This document shows positions 7,553 through 14,317 of a DNA stretch of 64,000 nucleotides, in pieces. The DNA is from a virus, in IMG/VR virus record IMGVR_UViG_3300015607_002427; one strand, given 5' to 3'. The notes below the pieces were generated by a model. That model did no database searches. It was given only the letters and a program-made list of their open reading frames with translations, and was not told where the DNA came from. How positions within the stretch are numbered: the first letter of the stretch is position 1; each line of letters starts with the position of its first letter. A program made the position numbers and the translations under genes.

Positions 7553-7642
7553 GGCGGAGGCGGTGAGATTCGAACTCACGGAGGGGATTAGCCCTCGCCG
7601 GTTTTCAAGACCGGTGCAATAAACCAGCTCTACCACGCCTCC
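7552..7642 (-). tRNA. tRNA-Ser(TGA)
   Basis: CCGGT-CTTGAAA-ACCGG, long variable arm, G73-CCA. Confidence 0.95.
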
Positions 7643-7647
7643 AAAAT

Positions 7648-7711
7648 AATCAAACAAAAAGCAATGATCGACTTTTTCTCCAATAGATAACCAATCATTA
7701 ACGGTTTGATT
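7648..7711 (-). ncRNA. minimal free-standing permuted GGUUAUC module
   Basis: AATCAAAC-CG-TT-AATGAT-TGGTTATC...TCG-ATCATT-GCTTTTT-GTTTGATT. Confidence 0.7.
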
Positions 7712-7802
7712 TGGCTCCGGCCTCAGGGATCGAACCTGATTGAAACCTTATGAGGGCCTCCTGGTTAACAGCCAGTTGCTCTACCAATTGAGCTACGCCG
7801 GA
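7712..7802 (-). tRNA. tRNA-Asn(GTT) with long variable arm
   Basis: CTGG-CTGTTAA-CCAG, ~20-nt variable region, G73-CCA. Confidence 0.85.
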
Positions 7803-7806
7803 ATTG

Positions 7807-7918
7807 AACTAACAAAAATAGATATCGAGTAATGCGGCAACCAGCTTCCAAATCGGGAATCGAACCCAATCCTTCGTTTTTTCCATAAAAAGAGATAACC
7901 GATATCAAGCGGTTAGTT
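7807..7918 (-). ncRNA. permuted GGUUAUC module enclosing a T-arm (YrlA-like architecture)
   Basis: AACTAAC-CG-CTT-GATAT-CGGTTATC...TTGGG-TTCGATT-CCCGA...TCG-ATATC-TATTTTT-GTTAGTT. Confidence 0.7.
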
Positions 7919-7992
7919 TGGAGCGGGATGCGAGAATCGAACTCGCGACGTCTGCTTGGAAGGCAGTGGTTTTGCCATTAAACTAATCCCGC
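7919..7992 (-). tRNA. tRNA-Gly(TCC)
   Basis: CTGC-CTTCCAA-GCAG, U73-CCA. Confidence 0.95.
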
Positions 7993-8018
7993 GCATAAGT
8001 TTATTTATACGACCCATT

Positions 8019-8093
8019 TGGTGGGAGCACTGGGATTCGAACCCAGGACCTGTCGGTTAAAAGCCGAATGCTCTACCACTGAGCTATACTCCC
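8019..8093 (-). tRNA. tRNA-Lys(TTT)
   Basis: TCGG-CTTTTAA-CCGA, CCA. Confidence 0.95.
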
Positions 8094-8096
8094 ATT

Positions 8097-8186
8097 AGAC
8101 TTCATGAAGGCCGCAGCTCTTCCACCTAGTTCGCTGTGAAATCATGCTATTCACTTCGGTCCTCATTGCGAGGTTCAAGAAAGTCT
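8097..8186 (-). ncRNA. putative structured spacer RNA
   Basis: AGACTTTCTTGAA...TTCATGAAGTCT terminal stem with internal hairpins. Confidence 0.4.
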
Positions 8187-8260
8187 GGTGGTCGATGCTG
8201 GATTTGAACCAGCGACCTATCGCTTATCAAGCGAGTGCTCTACCACTGAGCTAATCGACC
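8186..8260 (-). tRNA. tRNA-Ile(GAT)
   Basis: TCGC-TTGATAA-GCGA, CCA. Confidence 0.95.
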
Positions 8261-8384
8261 ATCATTTGTTGGTTATTGAATATCCACCCACCAACAGTCC
8301 TGTGTTTCGAATTACCAAGGATCAACGCGCCTTGCCGCTGATCAATCGCACAATACCCTGTTGCCAGTATCTGCAAACTGATAT

Positions 8385-8512
8385 TGGAGCCGTCTAGAGG
8401 AATCGAACCTCTGTCTTCGCCTTGAAATGGATAACCAATTCCAGTTCGGTCTCTTTCAAGACAAAAAGTAGGAATCGACGTTTTCGCTGTTCTACCACTA
8501 AACTAAGACGGC
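8385..8512 (-). ncRNA. tRNA-like RNA (TTC anticodon-like loop) with GGUUAUC module in the anticodon stem
   Basis: GCCGTCT/AGACGGC+TCCA, canonical D/T arms, insert between GCG and CC-ATTTCAA-GG. Confidence 0.75.
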
Positions 8513-8570
8513 AAAAATGATCACCTAGCCCGTTTACTGTGGGTCAGTACTACTTTATCGTAAGTGATCA

Positions 8571-8702
8571 AGGTGGGGAGTAGAGGATTCGAACCTCTGA
8601 CCAACGGCTTAATAGGCGATAACCAATTTCGGCCGGTTTGACGAATCAAACAAAGAGTGAAATCGATGTTTTACGTTGCTCTACCAACTGAGCTAACTCC
8701 CC
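8571..8702 (-). ncRNA. tRNA-like RNA (ATT anticodon-like loop) with GGUUAUC module in the anticodon stem
   Basis: GGGGAGT/ACTCCCC acceptor; removing the insert restores perfect ACGGC-CTATTAA-GCCGT. Confidence 0.8.
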
Positions 8703-9316
8703 AAAAACTTATGAAGATTAAAATCATTTCGTTCTATAGATTTGATCTCTTCTTTCATAATTACTGCATGCTTTAGCGGAAACTGATTCCACTTAGCATC
8801 ATCTCTTTCAGTTTTATATCCCTTAATCTCAATCCAAACCGCAAAATCGGGAAGATAGAAATCAGGAAAATAACTATGAAATGAATTATTCCAGTAGTAT
8901 GGAAATGATTGCGACGACCTTTCACATTTTATATGATTCTCTTCGCAATACTTATAGAATGTTAATTCCCAATTACCGTGAAACTTTAACCCATGATACT
9001 CTATTTGCTTCACCCTCCCTCGATTTGAGGAGGTATAAGATTCAGGATTATTTTCGACTGCCTTTTTCATTGCAGCTGAAGCTTTCTCCTTAGCACCTGA
9101 TTTTGACCATCTAACTTCGCTAGCCTTTTTAGATCGTTTTGATCTTCTTTGTTTAGCTTCATCAGACATATCAAGTTCAAATTCAACGCCAAGCTGTTTA
9201 GCTTTAGAAAATTGATTTGACGCTATGCTATGTGGATTAAGTTTACACCGATTTTGGTGCTGTGTATGAGACTTTTTAATTTCCCACTCTTTTCCACAGA
9301 ACTTACATTGAAACAT
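8693..9316 (-). CDS. putative homing endonuclease: Zn-finger plus PD-(D/E)XK (TnsA-N-like) domain
   Basis: CKFC...H...C at N-terminus; YFPDFYL...EIKGY. Confidence 0.8.
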   Translation of the reverse strand: MFQCKFCGKEWEIKKSHTQHQNRCKLNPHSIASNQFSKAKQLGVEFELDMSDEAKQRRSKRSKKASEVRWSKSGAKEKASAAMKKAVENNPESYTSSNRGRVKQIEYHGLKFHGNWELTFYKYCEENHIKCERSSQSFPYYWNNSFHSYFPDFYLPDFAVWIEIKGYKTERDDAKWNQFPLKHAVIMKEEIKSIERNDFNLHKFLGS

Positions 9317-9361
9317 GTTCTGATCCTATTAAATATAGGATCTATTTATAAGATCAGAACA
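9316..9361 (-). promoter_or_regulatory. late promoter TATAAATA inside RBS-sequestering hairpin
   Basis: GTTCTGATC/GATCAGAAC repeat around TATAAATA (9343-9350). Confidence 0.7.
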
Positions 9362-9378
9362 AAAGAGTTCTTAGCTCC

Positions 9379-9455
9379 TGGTAGGCCGTCCGGGGCTCGA
9401 ACCCGGTATCTGTCGATTATGAGTCGACCGCTTGAACCCGTTAAGCTGCCGGCCT
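9379..9455 (-). tRNA. tRNA(CAT), probably Ile2 (lysidine)
   Basis: GTCGA-CTCATAA-TCGAC, AGGCC acceptor, CCA; tilS present in window. Confidence 0.85.
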
Positions 9456-9456
9456 A

Positions 9457-9553
9457 TCGATGGGCTTCATAATCAAACCCTTTCAGGATTGAATGCCTTC
9501 CCGCGGCTCACGAAGAGCATGACAGGATTTTCAAGACTTCTGAAGCCCATTGA
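9457..9553 (-). ncRNA. putative structured spacer RNA
   Basis: TCAATGGGCTTCA/TGAAGCCCATCGA terminal stem. Confidence 0.4.
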
Positions 9554-9703
9554 CAACGATATCAGAGACTTGATCGTTAGTTAAGAGATTTTCACCTTCC
9601 ATTTCCATAGCTTTACGCAATGTAGTCTGGCATAGTACTCTTATCTATGTGGCATGTCCAAATTTTTAAAGAATTAGCTTTTTACTACTAGCTGAAGTTT
9701 TGT

Positions 9704-9732
9704 ATTATAACCAGAACTTCAGTGTTTGTAAA
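9704..9732 (-). promoter_or_regulatory. sigma70-type early promoter
   Basis: TTTACA-N17-TATAAT. Confidence 0.8.
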
Positions 9733-9746
9733 CTGCTATTTTTCAA

Positions 9747-9905
9747 TTTGCTCTAACTGCTGGACTCGAACCAGCATCGTTCACGGTTAGAAACCGCTGC
9801 ATTCCAGTCTGCCACTCGGGGCGGACCCCAAGGTTGGATTCGAACCAACATATGAACACCAGCATTTAGCCAGCGCGTTTACCATTTTCGCCAAGTCAGA
9901 ACAAA
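9747..9905 (-). ncRNA. fused double-tRNA-like RNA
   Basis: Two D arms, two T arms (TTCGAAT, TTCGAGT), one terminal and one loop-closed acceptor-like stem. Confidence 0.65.
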
Positions 9906-9926
9906 TTGATTTGTTAAAGAACAAAA

Positions 9927-10125
9927 TTAGTTAATCTCTGAAGGCTGGTTGGCTCCGGAATCGAACCGGTCCTCGGCATGCCTAGAAAGGTGCGTGCTGC
10001 CCATTACACTAGACCATCCATCTATGAAAGAATCTTTTTGAAGTACTAGTACAAGTAGCGCTCGAGTTGCCTGTACTTTCTCTCTATCTTCATCTATCAG
10101 GGACTTGCCTTCAGAGATTAACTAA
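9927..10125 (-). ncRNA. 19-bp-stem-closed RNA containing a degenerate tRNA-like domain
   Basis: Perfect inverted repeat 9927-9945/10107-10125; internal D arm and CCGG-TTCGATT-CCGG. Confidence 0.55.
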
Positions 10126-10160
10126 CTTTTAAAGAACGTTTACTGCATCAGTGAAGTTGA

Positions 10161-10189
10161 ATTATATCTTCAACTTCAGGTTTTGTAAA
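10161..10189 (-). promoter_or_regulatory. sigma70-type early promoter
   Basis: TTTACA-N17-TATAAT. Confidence 0.8.
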
Positions 10190-10227
10190 CTGTTTTTCAA
10201 CAAAAATTTTCAAAACTTTTACTACTT

Positions 10228-10314
10228 TGGCGGAAGCGGGGAGACTTGAACTCCCACAACCTTTCGGTCGCAAGTTTAGCAAACTTGTGCGGCTACCAAT
10301 TTCGCCACGCTTCC
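10228..10314 (-). tRNA. tRNA-Ser(GCT)
   Basis: CAAGT-TTGCTAA-ACTTG, long variable arm, G73-CCA. Confidence 0.95.
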
Positions 10315-10317
10315 ATC

Positions 10318-10403
10318 TGGCGGAGAATTACGGTCCCGACCCGTAAACCTTTCGGTTCGAACCGCTTTCCAAGCGGACCCAGCTCCCAGCTGATTAACTC
10401 TCC
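10318..10403 (-). tRNA. tRNA-Ser(GGA), atypical D/T loops
   Basis: CCGC-TTGGAAA-GCGG, long variable arm, T loop TCGGGAC, G73-CCA. Confidence 0.85.
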
Positions 10404-11041
10404 GTATACAACCTTACAAAATCCTTCCCATACCTTTGTTCAACAAGCTGTATGATTGGTTCCATCTCTTCTCTTTCGAGAACTTGTAGCTTATGAGGAA
10501 AATCCCGTTTCTTCGCTTCAAATTGCTGAGAGGAATATCCTTTTACCTCAACATACACGTTTTCATCAACAAGGTAGAAATCTGGTATGTAATTTCTACT
10601 CTTTCCATCAAATTCATATCGAAACTTTTTAGTGTTTCGGATAAAGTTGATATTTTGGTCTTTTGCATAAATCACCCATGCTAATTCCCAGGAAGAATCA
10701 CACCAAACACCAAAATACCATCCCTTCTTGCCTCTACCGCCATTTCTTCGATACCCTCCGAATCCATTTTCTTTTGCTCTTTGACCTAACTTTGCTCTCG
10801 TTTGATCAGAGAATGGATTCTCTTGATGCCGAATTTTCATCGAGCTACTTATCTTACTGGCAGCTTGCTTAACCCTTTCATCATTTAACTTGTCCTTCCC
10901 CTTATTCCAAGGCCCGCTCTTTAGCTTATGGTATTCTACTAAAGATGAAACCTTCTTATTTGGGTTTAAACCACAACGAACTTCATGTTGCGCTAAACTG
11001 TTTTTGTTCTTACATTCTTTTCCGCAAAACTTACATTCCAT
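10394..11041 (-). CDS. putative homing endonuclease: Zn-finger plus PD-(D/E)XK domain
   Basis: CKFC...HEVRC; DSSWE...YIPDFYL...EVKGY; paralog of 8693..9316. Confidence 0.8.
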   Translation of the reverse strand: MECKFCGKECKNKNSLAQHEVRCGLNPNKKVSSLVEYHKLKSGPWNKGKDKLNDERVKQAASKISSSMKIRHQENPFSDQTRAKLGQRAKENGFGGYRRNGGRGKKGWYFGVWCDSSWELAWVIYAKDQNINFIRNTKKFRYEFDGKSRNYIPDFYLVDENVYVEVKGYSSQQFEAKKRDFPHKLQVLEREEMEPIIQLVEQRYGKDFVRLYTES

Positions 11042-11084
11042 TTCGAAAGTTCTCGCAAAACACTATGAAAGTATTTATAGAAAA

Positions 11085-11119
11085 CCAACGTAGTGCCATA
11101 CCAATTAGGCGAACTCTCC
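11085..11119 (-). pseudogene. 5' half of a tRNA (probably Ser-GGA) truncated in the anticodon loop
   Basis: GGAGAGT-TC-GCCTAATTGGTATGGC-A-CTACG-TTGG, then the endonuclease late promoter. Confidence 0.65.
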
Positions 11120-11170
11120 GTATCAGTAAGGTGAATAGTAAACTAAACTCCTTACTGTGTAAACTACTTT

Positions 11171-11359
11171 TTAAACCCTGCCAAACCTATCCTTAAAATC
11201 CTTCAAACAGTCATTTGCCCACATCGTTGCGATTCCAGATCGTGTACAATTGTCCGATCTTGCGACATTGATCCACGCTTGAAGCCAAACATGTTCTTCT
11301 TTTGAAAGAATTGGAACCTGAACTTGTGGTTCTTTTTCCAACCGTATGCCTTCACTCAT
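11171..11359 (-). CDS. hypothetical protein
   Basis: ORF with AGGAG RBS after an early promoter. Confidence 0.7.
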   Translation of the reverse strand: MSEGIRLEKEPQVQVPILSKEEHVWLQAWINVARSDNCTRSGIATMWANDCLKDFKDRFGRV

Positions 11360-11419
11360 CTTGAAGCTCCTTAAAAGAAAACTTCATTGTACACCAAACT
11401 TCAACTTTTGTAAACTATA

Positions 11420-11454
11420 AAACAATTTTGGGAATCTTTTTACGGATTCCCAAA
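11420..11454 (-). terminator. intrinsic terminator-like hairpin
   Basis: TTTGGGAATC-loop-GATTCCCAAA followed by T-rich tract. Confidence 0.55.
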
Positions 11455-11487
11455 TCTAAACTATTCAAACGAAACGAGCGTTGTAAC

Positions 11488-11598
11488 TTAGACTGGGAAT
11501 TCTCCACCTCTATATCCATATGATTTGGACACGAGCAGAGACTTGGCATTATTTGCCAAGGTTGTGCTAATGTTTAAAATCGAAGATATAGAAGACAT
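11488..11598 (-). CDS. putative leader peptide (36 aa)
   Basis: MSSISSILNISTTLANNAKSLLVSKSYGYRGGEFPV, GAGG RBS. Confidence 0.5.
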   Translation of the reverse strand: MSSISSILNISTTLANNAKSLLVSKSYGYRGGEFPV

Positions 11599-11617
11599 GA
11601 TTCCTCAGGGTTAAAAG

Positions 11618-12562
11618 TTAAGTTGCTATAATTCTATATATAGAATCCAGATGTTTTTTTGTTTTTTCAAACATCTGTTTTGCAAAATAGTATTGGGAGT
11701 TTGGTCCATAATGCGCGAAGTCTCTAGCAATATTTTGCTTAAATCTCTTATCTTCGGGTATTAGTTCAGTTGGAACATCTTTAACAAAGTCAGCAACAAT
11801 GAAGTTTTCGTGCAACTCAGTTGGTAAAAACTCTTGAGCGCGATCAATAAAAACTACATCGTTCCCCATTAAATTTATGGTGGTCTTTATCGGATTATCC
11901 CAAAATGAGAAAAAGAATTTTATTCCTCTGGATTCACAAACACCTTTCAAAAACAGAAGATTTTTTATCGCCTCAAACAGAAAGAACTCGTTAGGTAATT
12001 TGTACAGATTTTGCGATATGACCTTTTTGTTCGCTACTTGATAGTCAACTGCTGGAAGAATTTGCAATGCTTCTAACTGCTGATCTTCAAACAGTGGGAT
12101 TTCTTTTCTGAAAAACGTCGGGAACAAAATAAAGACCGCGTCAGGTTCGAACATTTTCTTTTGAAGTATCAGGTAAATCATTCGACATATCATGTCGATA
12201 CTTGCGCCGCTAAATCCGACATTATATGGGGTCGGCTTAAATCCGTATTCTTCAGAAATAATGTCGCACATGAACGACGGCCATGTGTGTTCTATTGGCA
12301 AACCAAGGCCATGGGTAAACGAACAACCTGAAAATAGCAATTTTACTTTATCGTTGTTATCAAATTCGGGACAACGAAAACCAAGAGAGTTTGACTTATA
12401 CGAAAAGTCTTCAGGCGAGTAAGTGACAAATCTTTTATCTGCTGACATTTTTTTGTAGTTGTCAAGATTGTCACCTGTTTTTGCCGGTAAGAAGACAAAA
12501 TCTTTTCCCTTTAGCTTGTCTAGAGAGCTAAAACAAAAAGATTCCCAAAGGTTTTGAATCAT
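11618..12562 (-). CDS. SGNH-hydrolase-like hypothetical protein
   Basis: GCSFTHG motif, N.G..GAS, C-terminal RD..H.G. Confidence 0.65.
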   Translation of the reverse strand: MIQNLWESFCFSSLDKLKGKDFVFLPAKTGDNLDNYKKMSADKRFVTYSPEDFSYKSNSLGFRCPEFDNNDKVKLLFSGCSFTHGLGLPIEHTWPSFMCDIISEEYGFKPTPYNVGFSGASIDMICRMIYLILQKKMFEPDAVFILFPTFFRKEIPLFEDQQLEALQILPAVDYQVANKKVISQNLYKLPNEFFLFEAIKNLLFLKGVCESRGIKFFFSFWDNPIKTTINLMGNDVVFIDRAQEFLPTELHENFIVADFVKDVPTELIPEDKRFKQNIARDFAHYGPNSQYYFAKQMFEKTKKHLDSIYRIIAT

Positions 12563-12563
12563 A

Positions 12564-13133
12564 TTAGAAAACTTGGTTGTTCTTTGTTTCGATATCAAAT
12601 TCGCCGGCTAGAGCTTTAATCGATGGCTTGTCAGATTTGCTCTTATGATCTACGTAAAGCTTAACCTTACCGTACTCACCAGTGACGTCAAGATACCAAT
12701 CGTGGAACTTATCCGAGAAGTCAAGGATGTCTTTAACTGATTCTGCACAACCATCAATGAATTTCTGTTCTTGTCGTGGTTGGATGTTCAGTACACGATA
12801 AGGCTTTATCATTGTAGGTAGAGTTTTACCTTCACCGATGGAATATGCATCCGCAATTGATAGCTCAATATTTAGGTCGAGAATTTCATCACCAGAATTT
12901 GAGCCAGGTTTAATCTGAACTTCAAACATGATGTCTAGAACTTTATTTGAGAACACTACACCAAGGTATGTCTCGTCATCAGGCTCTGCCATCATGTCTA
13001 CGATCTTGAAACCTTTGCTCTTTAGTGTGTCATCAAAATTTACAATCGCATCACCAACTTCATCTCTAAACTTTTCAAGATAGTCAAAATCTAGCTGGAA
13101 GTTATTTTCTTGTAGGAATTGTTGTAGTTTCAT
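12564..13133 (-). CDS. hypothetical protein, paralog family; possible internal virion protein
   Basis: MKLQQFLQE N-terminus; F.DWY.D..GEYGKVKL shared with neighbours. Confidence 0.75.
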   Translation of the reverse strand: MKLQQFLQENNFQLDFDYLEKFRDEVGDAIVNFDDTLKSKGFKIVDMMAEPDDETYLGVVFSNKVLDIMFEVQIKPGSNSGDEILDLNIELSIADAYSIGEGKTLPTMIKPYRVLNIQPRQEQKFIDGCAESVKDILDFSDKFHDWYLDVTGEYGKVKLYVDHKSKSDKPSIKALAGEFDIETKNNQVF

Positions 13134-13720
13134 TAGAATACTCTCGCTTGTGTTTCTTTTGTGTTGTTTGTATTTGAAGGATCTTTATCTGCGCAGAAGT
13201 CGCCGGCTATTGCGACATAACGATTTTCCCCGCCCCTAGAATATCCTTCAACAGTACTACCCTGAACTTGTAGAAGTTTTACCTTACCATATTCGCCCGA
13301 CATATCAAAGTACCACTCAATGAAGTCATCTATCGTCTTTTGGTAAGTCTCTGCTGTACGGTCAGCATCTTTACGCGCATTGTCATCGTGTAAGAACAAG
13401 TGGAAATTCATTAGTGTACGAGAATCCATGTCCTTCTGTTTATCGGAAAGCATCAATTTCTCAGTGAGACGTACTTGAGCCATCATCATGATATATGGAG
13501 CATCTTCTTTACCAGATATGCTAGCCAAAATTTCGATCTCTACCAAACTATTATTGTAGAGAAATGAAGTCATCTTGTTCTTATCGGTAGAATGACTAAA
13601 GCTCATACCCTTAGTCAATGCCTTCACCAAACTGGATAGATGATGAAAATCATTTGCTGGTAGAGCTTTCTCAAATTCTGACCAATCAGCTTGATTTTCT
13701 TGTAGGAGTTCTAGTTTCAT
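13133..13720 (-). CDS. hypothetical protein, paralog family
   Basis: MKLELLQE; DFIEWYFDMSGEYGKVKL. Confidence 0.75.
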   Translation of the reverse strand: MKLELLQENQADWSEFEKALPANDFHHLSSLVKALTKGMSFSHSTDKNKMTSFLYNNSLVEIEILASISGKEDAPYIMMMAQVRLTEKLMLSDKQKDMDSRTLMNFHLFLHDDNARKDADRTAETYQKTIDDFIEWYFDMSGEYGKVKLLQVQGSTVEGYSRGGENRYVAIAGDFCADKDPSNTNNTKETQARVF

Positions 13721-14316
13721 GCTAATCTCGCGGTTGATTCGTTACCTTCAACAAAGAATTGTCCAAGGTATGGTGTCCATTTCCATGTGTTGTTACTATG
13801 ACCACGTTCGAGGTCTTCAGTGATCTTAATGAGCTTTACTTTCTTACCGCTGGCTTCGGCGATATCGAAATACCATTCTTCAAAATCATTAGCGACCTTT
13901 AGGATAGAATCCACATAGTCAAACATACGGGCTTCGCGAACCATGTCAAAGTCCCGAGATAGTTGATTGGCTAAAGCGTACTTGTGAGTGTCATGCTCTT
14001 GCAACTTTTCATGCCCGTAAACAATAGTATGGTTGACCATCGCGGCAATTTCAACTGTTGGGTAGTACGGATATTGATCATTGTCGTTGAACGCAGTATC
14101 CTTACCAAATGAGAAATCAAAATCTACTAAGTTGTTAGACACGTGGAAGAACATGTCATCAGAAGACACATCGTTCAAAGTGATTTTTGAATACTTTTTG
14201 AATTTCTCAAGGAGTTTCTTGATAGTGTCAATATGTTTTGGATCAAGATTTTCAGTAAACTCTGAGATGTCGATGTCTACTAAAGACTCTTCTTTTAGGA
14301 ATGATTGTAGTTTCAT
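13717..14316 (-). CDS. hypothetical protein, paralog family
   Basis: MKLQSFLKEE; DFEEWYFD...GKKVKL. Confidence 0.75.
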   Translation of the reverse strand: MKLQSFLKEESLVDIDISEFTENLDPKHIDTIKKLLEKFKKYSKITLNDVSSDDMFFHVSNNLVDFDFSFGKDTAFNDNDQYPYYPTVEIAAMVNHTIVYGHEKLQEHDTHKYALANQLSRDFDMVREARMFDYVDSILKVANDFEEWYFDIAEASGKKVKLIKITEDLERGHSNNTWKWTPYLGQFFVEGNESTARLA

Positions 14317-14317
14317 G

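Noticed and set aside
1..11119. CRISPR array suggested by recurring TTCGAA and GATAACC words
   Set aside because: The repeats are tRNA T-loops and the structured module. There are no identical direct repeats with regular spacers and no cas genes.
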